NCBI GenBank assembly: GCA_035480055.1
Contig: DATIIB010000001.1
Coordinates: forward strand, 19,849-83,848
Source of the DNA: Candidatus Saccharimonadales bacterium
GTDB lineage: Bacteria > Patescibacteriota > Saccharimonadia > Saccharimonadales > DASZAF01
Reading direction: 5' to 3'
DNA length: 64,000 bases
The stretch's first letter is position 1. Every line of letters starts with the position of its first letter. The notes under the pieces were generated by a model. It did no database searches, was not told the origin of the DNA, and worked only from the letters and a program-made list of their open reading frames with translations. Shown here one piece after another: positions 25,126-34,187 of this stretch. Both the position numbers and the translations under genes were made by a program.

Positions 25126-27045
25126 TTAGGAAAGTGCTGCCCAATAGGAGGTCGAGAGCGCCGCGCTACTTGCGAGTGTCAGCGAAGCGGGCGGACTACT
25201 CACGCCGCTCCCAAGAGTGGCAAAACGATAGGTGCCAGGGTTGGTATTTTGGTTAATAGCTCCCAGATTTCCGGCACGGTTCAAAGCTGGCATGGTGGTT
25301 GCGGTGCTGACAAAATAGACATAGTAAAAAGTACCAGCCGTCACTGCCACCCCTGCTGTCAGGGCCAGCGCTTTGGCGCCAGTACTTGCAAGCGACGCGG
25401 CAATGTCAGCAGTCAGACCGAGGCGATTACCGTTCATGTCATACAGCGCCGCATAAGACGCATTGGCAGTGAATCCAGCGCCAAGAGTGTTGACGTTCAG
25501 GTTGATAGCCGTAACCGTTCCACTCTGAGCTGCTTTTACCTTAATGAGCACCGGCGTGCCAGAAGTTGGCTGCGTGCTGTTGGCTGCGGCGATCGGATCG
25601 TAATTCCAGCCGAGATAGCTTTGCTCCCCTGGGGTAGCATCGGGGCTGAGCGAGGCACTCACCGTGCCATTACCCAGGTCATGCACATTGCCGCTTGGGT
25701 CGCGCCACTTCAGCGAGCCTTGGTCGGCATAGACAATCACTCCACCGGCTGCTGGATTAGTGGTAGGCACCGTAATCGCTTGCTTAAGGCCTAGCACTCC
25801 TGATCCGCCGCCAACATCAGAGGTAGTGGAGCCAACTTGAATATTATTGGCGCTATACAAACTGCCATTTGGTCCCATAATGAACTTGTCTATGCCAGCA
25901 TTGCGCATTTTCATCAAGTTGCCGGTTGTGCCACCATCTTCAGCATCAAAAAAGATACCTTGCGCGGCTGTGCCTGCCCCATTCGCGCGCAGCGAAAGTG
26001 CCGAAGCATTTGCGTCGCTACTTCCCGGATAAGTGTGAACAATCTTCACCGTCCCTTTGCTGCTCTCTGAGCCGTTCACGCCCATCGCGGTGCTATTTGG
26101 GTTGGTTGAGGTCACGCTGACTGCATTGCTGGTACTGCTGGTGCTGGTGCTCACTACCTCAAAACCATTAACCGTCCCTGCGTAGTCCACGTGCAAACCA
26201 GCTTGGTCAAAGGCACTGTTGAGCACAGCCACATTCATCAATCGGCCCAAAGCGCCACTTCCTGCATTGGTAAAAGTATTGAACGCCGAACCAGGATTTG
26301 TCCCTTGGTTAATAAAAAGCGTCCCGCCAGTGGAAGGCGATCCAGAGGTCACGCCAGTGGGCGCCAAAGTCAGGGTTGGCGTAGCCGGACTTGCCGTCGT
26401 GCCTGCACTTGAGCCAATCTTCAACCCGCCGCCTGTCTCGCGGACCACTGTGGTGTCCTGCGCTCCCGAACCGGCTGACCATAACAATTTGCCATCGGTA
26501 TTAATCTGAAACCGACGTGTTGTGTCGCCCGAAACCGTCACTCCAAGCGCCGCAATACCGAGCGTGGCACGCACCACAAAAAAAGCGCTCGAGGTTTGCA
26601 GCTGCCCAGAACCTGAGCGAAAGAGATTGGTGTCGCCGCCGATTGTCATTCCCGTAGAGCCGGTAGTGCTCGGGAGTAACAGCGTACTGGTACCGGCCCC
26701 AGATTCATCAATGGTAAGGCGTTGCGTAAAGGTGGGCGCGCCCAAATCACTGGCCGTCACCGTAACATTGGCGCCAGCTTTGCCATTCACCGTTTGCACT
26801 GCACTATCAGCACTGCCCAGTGAGGTTTGTACCGACTGGCCTAAGTCGCTTTTTGGAATCCCGGTGCTGGGCTTGCTATATTTGGCAGCCACCGCAGTAG
26901 CCGCGTCGGTCGCTGTCTGAGCTGCCGCGGTCATTGCGTCTTTGCACTTTAGAGTGCCGTCGTCATTATGTTCTTCCAGCAAAAACTCATTGAGGATTGC
27001 TCCCCAATTCCCTACATCACTTCCAGGGCGAGGCAAACGAGCCAT
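25126..27045 (-). CDS. large Gly/Thr/Ser/Ala-rich surface protein with a phage tail-fibre-like N-terminus
   Basis: MARLPRPGSDVGNWGAILNEFLLEEHNDDGTLK resembles the N-terminal motif of actinophage minor-tail or tail-fibre proteins, as I recall it. The rest has beta-rich T/S/G/A/N composition. The start is set at the ATG at 27045, preceded by AAGGAGG. Confidence 0.6.
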   Translation of the reverse strand: MARLPRPGSDVGNWGAILNEFLLEEHNDDGTLKCKDAMTAAAQTATDAATAVAAKYSKPSTGIPKSDLGQSVQTSLGSADSAVQTVNGKAGANVTVTASDLGAPTFTQRLTIDESGAGTSTLLLPSTTGSTGMTIGGDTNLFRSGSGQLQTSSAFFVVRATLGIAALGVTVSGDTTRRFQINTDGKLLWSAGSGAQDTTVVRETGGGLKIGSSAGTTASPATPTLTLAPTGVTSGSPSTGGTLFINQGTNPGSAFNTFTNAGSGALGRLMNVAVLNSAFDQAGLHVDYAGTVNGFEVVSTSTSSTSNAVSVTSTNPNSTAMGVNGSESSKGTVKIVHTYPGSSDANASALSLRANGAGTAAQGIFFDAEDGGTTGNLMKMRNAGIDKFIMGPNGSLYSANNIQVGSTTSDVGGGSGVLGLKQAITVPTTNPAAGGVIVYADQGSLKWRDPSGNVHDLGNGTVSASLSPDATPGEQSYLGWNYDPIAAANSTQPTSGTPVLIKVKAAQSGTVTAINLNVNTLGAGFTANASYAALYDMNGNRLGLTADIAASLASTGAKALALTAGVAVTAGTFYYVYFVSTATTMPALNRAGNLGAINQNTNPGTYRFATLGSGVSSPPASLTLASSAALSTSYWAALS

Positions 27046-27075
27046 AGACCCTCCTTTTTCTTCTTTTGGGTACAC

Positions 27076-27102
27076 AAAAAAATCCTCTGCAAAGCAGGAG
27101 AT
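27076..27102 (-). terminator. terminator/attenuator-like hairpin with a U7 tract, 30 nt upstream of the fibre-like gene
   Basis: The minus strand reads AUCUCCUGC-UUU-GCAGAGGAU followed by UUUUUUU. The 9-bp stem has one C.A mismatch and one G.U pair. Confidence 0.45.
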
Positions 27103-27168
27103 TTCTCATACCTACATACCAATGGTGTATGTTACCGTATCGTTACCATAAGCACAAGCACTTTATGA

Positions 27169-27309
27169 CGCTGGCTGGCGAGTTATTGCCTCTGAAGGAG
27201 ACTGTGGAATCGGTTTCCAAAACGATTCCAGCCGAACGCTGAGCTAGCCTTCTGGGAGAAGGTTAGCTCAAGAGTGTGCTCCAAAGAGGCGATAACTCGC
27301 CAGCCAGCG
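27169..27309. other. 141-nt near-perfect three-way-junction inverted-repeat element (unclassified structured RNA or MITE-like repeat)
   Basis: The 25-nt outer arms at 27169-27193 and 27285-27309 are complementary at 24 of 25 positions. They enclose a GGAG/CTCC extension and two hairpins (27206-27229 with a 7-bp stem, 27241-27269 with a 12-bp stem). Confidence 0.5.
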
Positions 27310-27315
27310 CTATCT

Positions 27316-29091
27316 CTAGTCTCGCTTAATTAGCACCGTAAAAGCCTCAGCCGGAATATCCACCTTGCCGAACTTCTTCATGCGCGCCTTACCCGCTTTT
27401 TGCTTTGCCCACAACTTCTTTTTGCGCGAGACATCACCGCCATACAAATGGCCGGTCACGTTTTTCTTCATGGCTTGCACATCCTCACGAGCAATAATTT
27501 TGCCACCAATCGCTGCTTGCAAACTAACTTTAAAAAGTTGCTTGGGAATGATTTCCTTGAGTCGCCCGACAATCTCTCGGCCCAACCGAGTTGCTTCGGT
27601 GCGGTGCACGATCAAACTCAAACTATCAACCCGCTCGCTGGCCACCAAAAAGTCGAGGCGCACCAGATCTTCAGCTCGATAGCCGGTGATGTCGTAATTG
27701 AATGACCCATAGCCACTGGTGAGGCTTTTGAGCTGGTCATAAAAATCGGTCAACATATTAGCCAGCGGTGCTTCAAAAGTAATCAGCGCCAGATGGTCGT
27801 CAATGTAGTCGATGTGTTTTTGCAACCCGCGCTGCGTCACAATTAACTGGATAACACCGCCCACATACGCACGCGGGCAGGCGATCTCACCCTTAATCCA
27901 AGGTTCGCGAATCTCGGCCACCTGCATCACATCTGGCAAGTCAGCGGCGTTTTTAATCACAATCGTTTCGCCAGTTTCCATCTGTACTTCATAGTCGGTC
28001 GAGGGGTTGGTGATGATCAGTTCCAGATTATATTCGCGTTCAAGCCGTTCGCGCACAATGTCCATGTGCAGTAACCCCAAAAATCCAACACGCATGCCAT
28101 GGCCCAGCACCTGACTGCTTTCGGGCGAGTACTGCAAGGCTGCATCATTGAGGGCAAGTTTTTCCAATGCGTCTTTTAGCGCCGGGTATTCATCGTTGCT
28201 GCTCGGGAAGATGCCGGCATACACAAAAGGCTTGGCCACCTGGTAACCGGGCAGGGCTTGGTGTGCGGGCTGCGAGACCAAGGTGACGGTGTCGCCCACG
28301 CGAGCCTGGGCCACGGTTTTGAAGTTGGTGACAATATAGCCAATTTGCCCCGTGCTCAGCAAAGCATCTGGTTGCATATTCGGCGTAAGGTGGCCCACTT
28401 CAAGCGCCAGCCCATCGGCTTGCGCGGCCATCATATGAATTGGCGCGTTTTTCGGCAGCGCTCCGTCCATAATGCGCACATAGAGCACCACTCCGCGATA
28501 ATCATCATAGATTGAATCAAACACCAAGGCTCGCAGTGGCGCAGCACTTTCTCCTTTTGGTGAGCGGCCAACTTCGATAATTCGCTGCAGTACTTGGTCG
28601 ACGTTCTTGCCTGTTTTGGCTGACACTTCCAGGATCTCTTCGCGCTTTACACCCAGCAAAGTGATGATTTCGTTTGCCACGCGCTCAGTGTCGGCCGCTG
28701 GCAGATCTATTTTGTTGAGCACCGGAATGATGGTCAGATCAGCCCCTAGCGCCAGGTAGACATTGGCGAGCGTCTGCGCCTGAATCCCCTGCGTGGCATC
28801 CACCACCAACAGCGCGGTTTCGCAGGCTTCCAAGCTACGCGACACTTCGTAACTAAAGTCGACATGGCCTGGCGTATCAATCAAGTTCAGCTCATAGCCT
28901 TGATAGTTCATGCGCACCGGCTGCAGCTTGATGGTAATCCCCTTTTCGCGCTCCAAATCCATGCGGTCCAGCAATTGCTCTTTCATTTCGCGCGCCGCAA
29001 CAGTGCCGGTTACTTCAAGCAACCGATCAGCCAGCGTGGACTTGCCATGATCGATATGAGCGATAATACAGAAGTTACGTGTTTTCTCCAT
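27316..29091 (-). CDS. lepA: translation elongation factor 4 (LepA)
   Basis: NFCIIAHIDHGKSTLADR, DTPGHVDF and NKIDL GTPase motifs, plus the LepA-specific C-terminal domain ending in ...KKFGKVDIPAEAF. Confidence 0.96.
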   Translation of the reverse strand: MEKTRNFCIIAHIDHGKSTLADRLLEVTGTVAAREMKEQLLDRMDLEREKGITIKLQPVRMNYQGYELNLIDTPGHVDFSYEVSRSLEACETALLVVDATQGIQAQTLANVYLALGADLTIIPVLNKIDLPAADTERVANEIITLLGVKREEILEVSAKTGKNVDQVLQRIIEVGRSPKGESAAPLRALVFDSIYDDYRGVVLYVRIMDGALPKNAPIHMMAAQADGLALEVGHLTPNMQPDALLSTGQIGYIVTNFKTVAQARVGDTVTLVSQPAHQALPGYQVAKPFVYAGIFPSSNDEYPALKDALEKLALNDAALQYSPESSQVLGHGMRVGFLGLLHMDIVRERLEREYNLELIITNPSTDYEVQMETGETIVIKNAADLPDVMQVAEIREPWIKGEIACPRAYVGGVIQLIVTQRGLQKHIDYIDDHLALITFEAPLANMLTDFYDQLKSLTSGYGSFNYDITGYRAEDLVRLDFLVASERVDSLSLIVHRTEATRLGREIVGRLKEIIPKQLFKVSLQAAIGGKIIAREDVQAMKKNVTGHLYGGDVSRKKKLWAKQKAGKARMKKFGKVDIPAEAFTVLIKRD

Positions 29092-29146
29092 TGGCGCTAT
29101 TATACTGTATTTACAGAGGTAGCGCTAGCAAGGACCAAGGCTCAAG

Positions 29147-29533
29147 CTACTCTTGATTATCATTCTTGGGTGATTTAGGCATATCTTTGTTGCGCCATAG
29201 CTTTATTAAATACCGTAAAACAATGTAGGTGCCCCAGCCGAGAGGGATGCAAGCAAGCGCAGCTAGTTGGATACCAAACTTAGTCGGACTAAAGTATCTA
29301 AGAGTATAAAAGTGTCCAATATCATACAAACGATAAGTAAGCCATGAAGCTGGGCTATAATTAAAATTATAGCCGTACCAGTATGGTTCAAGTCCCTCTC
29401 CCTGGCTACAAGTTCGGCGCAAATCTGCCGGGGAACAGAGTAACGCTCCCAAAATGTAAGGCGCGAGCCAGAAAAACATCCAAGCGATACTAAAAACTGC
29501 GACAAGGATATATTTTTTAGAATTTACCTTCAC
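29147..29533 (-). CDS. hypothetical small membrane protein (candidate partner or immunity protein of the upstream amidase)
   Basis: 128 aa with two to three TM helices and an aromatic-rich loop. Its start overlaps the stop of 29530..30534 by 4 nt. Confidence 0.5.
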   Translation of the reverse strand: MKVNSKKYILVAVFSIAWMFFWLAPYILGALLCSPADLRRTCSQGEGLEPYWYGYNFNYSPASWLTYRLYDIGHFYTLRYFSPTKFGIQLAALACIPLGWGTYIVLRYLIKLWRNKDMPKSPKNDNQE

Positions 29534-30534
29534 GAAGTACTCCCTATAGCTATCTTTACAATTTGACTAGTATCCACACGAAGCAACTCTGCACGAATAT
29601 GAGGATACTTCTGCTGCAACCATTCGCCTTTGCCCTGCGACCACGTCCATCCTCTTTCGATATAAGGCGTTGGCTCTGTACCACCAGCCGTGCTCCACTC
29701 TGTTACCTCTGGATAATCTCCGGACACTTTATCGACTATCATACTCAAATGGTCAATCTCGCCGTCTCCATTCCAATCATACGCGATTACATCGCCATCT
29801 TTCGCATCTGGCACCGCATTCTGCGAAAAATCCAGCTCTCGCTCGGTGGTCTTAGGATATTCGGTCAACAAAAATTGCACAAGCGCCGTAGTTCGCCACG
29901 CCGGCGCAGTCCCAGGACGGCCAGCAAAGGTAATAGTTTGGTCATTAAATTCTCCATCATTCCAATCTAGCGTCTGACGGACACCGGCCGCCCACATTGC
30001 ACGACTCACCAGCTGCGTGCACGAGGCTGGGTAGGGCGGCGTATCTTCGGCATGCGTTTTTGCATAGCTCGCTGCCGCCTCACCGTCATATATGTTTACG
30101 GTTCGCTCTTCGGTTTGAGGGATGCCTCCAGAATTACATTGCGGAATGCCACGCGCCGTTAAATCCGCGCCGCTTGGATAGTCGCCAGTATCAAGAAAGA
30201 GGTCACTCACAAAACCTTCCACACCATTTTGGGTGGTTTTCTCCCACAGCGTATTACCTTCAATTGGCTCACCTTCAACCCAGCATTCAGCGTCAAGTTC
30301 GCTACCTTCGGGAATTGTACCAAGCTGGGCGCTTTGCGTGGTAGGCTCTTGACGAACGGTCACACCCAATCCAGAGGTACCTTCAACATGCTGCATACTG
30401 TCTGCCCTTGCTGGGCTACCCACGCCCATAACTATGCCAGTGACGCACGTCGCGGCGAGCGTTATTCTAGCTGCAAACCGTGTCAGTGGCGAATGACGCT
30501 CTGTAAATCTTGGCCGAGTCACTACTTCGCTCAT
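29530..30534 (-). CDS. secreted SH3b-domain / putative cell-wall amidase-domain protein
   Basis: Signal-like N-terminus (RITLAATCVTGIVMGVGSPARA). An SH3b-like segment follows (GVTVRQEPTTQSAQLGTIPEGSELDAECWVEG...GFVSDLFL). The C-terminal Cys...His papain-like/'putative amidase' pattern is CTQLVSRAMWAAG ... GDVIAYDWNGDGEIDHLSMIV. Confidence 0.6.
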   Translation of the reverse strand: MSEVVTRPRFTERHSPLTRFAARITLAATCVTGIVMGVGSPARADSMQHVEGTSGLGVTVRQEPTTQSAQLGTIPEGSELDAECWVEGEPIEGNTLWEKTTQNGVEGFVSDLFLDTGDYPSGADLTARGIPQCNSGGIPQTEERTVNIYDGEAAASYAKTHAEDTPPYPASCTQLVSRAMWAAGVRQTLDWNDGEFNDQTITFAGRPGTAPAWRTTALVQFLLTEYPKTTERELDFSQNAVPDAKDGDVIAYDWNGDGEIDHLSMIVDKVSGDYPEVTEWSTAGGTEPTPYIERGWTWSQGKGEWLQQKYPHIRAELLRVDTSQIVKIAIGSTS

Positions 30535-30576
30535 GCACCAAGCCTACCCGCCAGCAACCAGGCCGTCAATAAACAG

Positions 30577-32169
30577 CTAGGCGCGGAATTGTCTAAACAA
30601 CATTTTGAGCACCCGCTCGATCACCGGCTGCACCTCGGTCAGGCGAAAGATCGCGCTAAATCCAAAGTAGCTCAGCATGCTAATGCCCGCGATCAATCCG
30701 AATTTTGGCACCAAAACCATGAATCCCGAATCTGCCGCTCGTAGTGGGAAGATGAACGATACTAATACATAGGTCACGATACCCGTAAGCCCCGAGGCCG
30801 AGATCATCCGGATCACAATGTTCATAAAGAAAAGATCCAGCACCCCTGGGAACCGACGGACCAAAATAATAAACAGCACGGTCACCTCAAAGACAGCCAC
30901 CAGCGACTGGGCAATAGCGAGTCCATAAATGCCAAAGTTTTCTGGCTGCGCAAGCAGCACCGCAAGCAACACGTTCAAGCCAATCGCGGCAATCGAAATA
31001 TATAGCGGCGTTCGCGTATCTTGTTGCGCATAAAAAGCACGCGAGGCAATGTGATAAATAGAGCGGAACAAAATCGCCACCACCAAGAATCCCAGCAATG
31101 CCGCAATGGTACTGTTCCCGTTGGCTACCAATAGTCGCACTAAATATCCTCGACAAAAAAAGGTAATCACCGCTGTAGGCAAAGCCAGCCAAATGATCAC
31201 TCTCAGCACTCCTTGAAGTTCTTTGCGGAAAAGATCGGGCCGTCCTTGCGCCAGACGCTCGGTCATTCTGGGAAAGGCAGCTGTGGAAATGGCCACCCCA
31301 ATTAAGGTAATTGGCACCAAGTGCAGCGTGGTTGCATACTGATACGAAGCGATTGCGCCAGCCCGCAATCGCGATGCCAGGTTGGTTTCGACCAATGTGT
31401 TAAAGTAATCGATTCCTTGGTCAAGCGAGCGCGGTGGCAGTAAACTGAGTACCTTCCGAAAGCCCAAGTTTCGCCAAAAAATCTTCGAGCGATAATCAAA
31501 TCCCATCCCCCACATTCCTAAACTGGCGGCGAGCAGCTGCAGCACCGATCCAATCACCACTCCGTACGCAACGCCCATAATTCCAACATGCGGCGCAATA
31601 TATTGCACGCCAATAATAATTCCCAAGCTATACAGCGACGGCGCCAGCGCAAAAAAGAAGAACCGCCCAAAGGCCTGCTGCATACTGGTCAGCACGCTCG
31701 AAATCGCAAACAAAAATGGGTTTACCGCAATCACGCGCATCATCGAAACAGCCAAGAAAGTAGTTTGCTCGTCCAAGCCTGGCGCAACAACATACTTCAC
31801 CAGTGGCTCAGCAAAAATGATGATCAGGATGCTGGCAATCATAGTCAGCATGGCCATAAAGTTAATTAAGCTCGACGATAATTCCCAAGCAGATTTTTTG
31901 TTGCCTTTACTAAGACGCTCGTTAAAGACAGGAATAAAGGTGACACTCAGCGCACCAGAAACAAGAATAAAAAACATGAAGTCTGGAATGGTAAATGCGA
32001 CTCGATACGCGTCAACCGCTGAGCCAATATCGAAGTTGGCGATAATCAACCGTTCGCGCAAAAGTCCCAGTAATTGCGCGATCAAAGATGAGCCTGCCAA
32101 GAGACTGGCGGCCAAGACAACAGATACGCTGCGATTTGCCCGAGCTAACAAACGATTCATCTGTCTCAA
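30577..32169 (-). CDS. murJ: lipid II flippase MurJ (MviN)
   Basis: 530 aa with about 14 TM helices. The N-terminal SS.L..SR.LGL.RE......FG......DAY..AF.IP motif is typical of MurJ. Confidence 0.88.
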   Translation of the reverse strand: MRQMNRLLARANRSVSVVLAASLLAGSSLIAQLLGLLRERLIIANFDIGSAVDAYRVAFTIPDFMFFILVSGALSVTFIPVFNERLSKGNKKSAWELSSSLINFMAMLTMIASILIIIFAEPLVKYVVAPGLDEQTTFLAVSMMRVIAVNPFLFAISSVLTSMQQAFGRFFFFALAPSLYSLGIIIGVQYIAPHVGIMGVAYGVVIGSVLQLLAASLGMWGMGFDYRSKIFWRNLGFRKVLSLLPPRSLDQGIDYFNTLVETNLASRLRAGAIASYQYATTLHLVPITLIGVAISTAAFPRMTERLAQGRPDLFRKELQGVLRVIIWLALPTAVITFFCRGYLVRLLVANGNSTIAALLGFLVVAILFRSIYHIASRAFYAQQDTRTPLYISIAAIGLNVLLAVLLAQPENFGIYGLAIAQSLVAVFEVTVLFIILVRRFPGVLDLFFMNIVIRMISASGLTGIVTYVLVSFIFPLRAADSGFMVLVPKFGLIAGISMLSYFGFSAIFRLTEVQPVIERVLKMLFRQFRA

Positions 32170-32175
32170 TTATAA

Positions 32176-32209
32176 ACAACCACGGGTCAAAAGCGAAACC
32201 CGTGGTTGT
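32176..32209 (-). terminator. hairpin downstream of ftsH (12-bp perfect stem)
   Basis: ACAACCACGGGT-N10-ACCCGTGGTTGT. On the minus strand only a T-rich TTATAAT follows, so it is a weak U tract. Confidence 0.45.
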
Positions 32210-32233
32210 TGTAATGCAGCTGATTTTTAAACT

Positions 32234-34153
32234 TTAGGCTGCTTTGGCAGTATTCTCGCTGGTTGCAACTGGCGAGATATGCTCGGGGTGCCTCTTTTCG
32301 TCGTACAGCGTAGCTTCTTTTGGTAACTTGGCGTGAGCCATTACCTTTTTGGCTTCATCAGCGTCAATGGTTTCTTTCTTCAGAAGATCATCCTTGAGCG
32401 CTTCCAAAGTATCGAGGTTGGCACGAATCACTACTTCTGCACGATGCGTTGCTTCTTTGATGAGCGTCTCAACTTCTTGGTCAATCTCTTGAGCCGTTTC
32501 TTCAGAATATGGTCGAGCGTGCGTCACGCGGTCGAAGATCATATTGCCGCCGTCGTCGTGGAAGACTTGGTCGCGCAACTTCTTGCCCATACCTTGTTCC
32601 AGCACCATCTCGCGAGCCAAGTCGGTTGCTTTGCGAAGGTCATCGCCTGCACCAGTGGTCACGAACTCAGCACCGTACTTCACTTTTTCGGCCACACGAC
32701 CACCAACCATTCGGGCTAGCACGTCTTTGTATTCAACAATGCTGTGGTAGCTCTTGTCTTCTGGCGGAATGAACCAGGTAACGCCGCCTGCACCACCACG
32801 TGGAATGATGCTGATCTTGTGCACCACATCGCTGTCTGGCAATACATGACCGACAATGGCGTGACCGGCTTCGTGATAGGCGGTCAATTCTTTTTCTTTG
32901 TCGTTCATCACCTTGGTCTTGCGCTGCGGGCCAATGGCGACACGCTCAAAGGCTTCGGTGACATCGTTATTGGTAATGAACTTGCGATTGTGCCGAGCCG
33001 CGATGATCGCCGATTCGTTGGCAATGTTTTCAAGGTCAGCACCTGAGCTACCAGCTGTTTTGGCGGCAAGTGAGTCCAGGTCAACCGAACCATCAATTGG
33101 CTTGTTCTTAAAGTGCACCTTCAGAATTGCTTCGCGATCTTTACGATCAGGCAGTGGAATATTCACGCGGCGATCAAAACGACCAGGGCGCAGCAGCGCT
33201 GGGTCAAGCACATCGGCGCGGTTGGTGGCGGCCAAGACAATGACATTGTCGCCTTTTTCGAAGCCATCCATCTCAACCAAAATCTGGTTTAGGGTCTGCT
33301 CACGCTCATCGTGACCACCGCCCATGCCAGAACCACGACGTCGGCCCACGGCATCAATTTCGTCAACAAAGATAATACATGGTGCGTTCTTTTTGGCTTT
33401 GGCGAATAAATCTCGCACGCGGCTGGCACCCACACCTACAAACATTTCCACAAACTCTGAACCCGAAATACTAAAGAATGGCACATTGGCTTCGCCCGCA
33501 ACTGCCCGAGCAAGCAAGGTTTTACCTGTACCGGGTGAGCCAACCAGAAGCACGCCTTTTGGAATCTTGGCGCCTACAGCCTGGAACTTCTTGGGGTATT
33601 TCAAAAATTCAACTACTTCTTCCAGATCTTCTTTGGCCTCGTTATTTCCAGCAACTTGATCAAAGTTTACTTTTTCTTTTTCATTGCCATACAGGCGAGC
33701 ACGAGATTTCCCAAACCCTAACGCTTGGTTGCTCTGACCCTGGGCTTGGCGCATAAGGAAGTAAAAGATCAGGAAGATAAAGACTCCTGGAATCAAGATC
33801 TGCAAAACCAGTACAGTATAGTCGCCGGTTTTGGAGGGTTCCTTGACCGTTAATTTGGTCTTGGAAAGGTCGAGACCTTGCTCTTTCAAACTGCTCTCTG
33901 GGCTCTTCTCAGATTTGAGCGTCTCCCCATCCTTCAGTTTTACATCAAGGTTGTTTCCTTTTTGAACAATCTCTTCGACATCACCATTATTTGCGCGCTG
34001 AATCACAGTCGAAACAGGAGTATCCTTACCTCGGTCGACAGGTTTGTACACGGCGAACATCACCAGTGCAGAGACAATAATAAGCGCCCAAAAAATGACA
34101 GTTCGATTGCGATTGCCATTCGTCGGTTTTAAAGATTTTTTAGGCATTGGCAT
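32234..34153 (-). CDS. ftsH: ATP-dependent zinc metalloprotease FtsH
   Basis: Walker [12 protein letters not shown], Walker [13 protein letters not shown] motif, and the zinc site HEAGHAIV. I chose the ATG at 34153 (MPMPKK...). The track's TTG start at 34210 overlaps tilS by 23 nt. Confidence 0.95.
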   Translation of the reverse strand: MPMPKKSLKPTNGNRNRTVIFWALIIVSALVMFAVYKPVDRGKDTPVSTVIQRANNGDVEEIVQKGNNLDVKLKDGETLKSEKSPESSLKEQGLDLSKTKLTVKEPSKTGDYTVLVLQILIPGVFIFLIFYFLMRQAQGQSNQALGFGKSRARLYGNEKEKVNFDQVAGNNEAKEDLEEVVEFLKYPKKFQAVGAKIPKGVLLVGSPGTGKTLLARAVAGEANVPFFSISGSEFVEMFVGVGASRVRDLFAKAKKNAPCIIFVDEIDAVGRRRGSGMGGGHDEREQTLNQILVEMDGFEKGDNVIVLAATNRADVLDPALLRPGRFDRRVNIPLPDRKDREAILKVHFKNKPIDGSVDLDSLAAKTAGSSGADLENIANESAIIAARHNRKFITNNDVTEAFERVAIGPQRKTKVMNDKEKELTAYHEAGHAIVGHVLPDSDVVHKISIIPRGGAGGVTWFIPPEDKSYHSIVEYKDVLARMVGGRVAEKVKYGAEFVTTGAGDDLRKATDLAREMVLEQGMGKKLRDQVFHDDGGNMIFDRVTHARPYSEETAQEIDQEVETLIKEATHRAEVVIRANLDTLEALKDDLLKKETIDADEAKKVMAHAKLPKEATLYDEKRHPEHISPVATSENTAKAA

Positions 34154-34187
34154 AATAACAAATAGACTCTCCTTCTCTAATAGATTA

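Noticed and set aside
27169-27309. Assignment of the three-way-junction element to a known RNA class (TPP, c-di-GMP, ykkC, SRP, 6S, tmRNA)
   Set aside because: I could not find the conserved core strings of these classes (for example CUGAGA/ACCUGA for TPP, or the GGAA/AGCA symmetric loop of SRP). It is left unclassified rather than named.
23915-27315. Prophage remnant or diversity-generating retroelement (DGR) around the tail-fibre-like gene
   Set aside because: There are no capsid, terminase, portal, integrase or reverse-transcriptase genes nearby. I could not find a template-repeat copy of the gene's 3' end in the flanking DNA. The neighbours are lepA and a glycosyltransferase.
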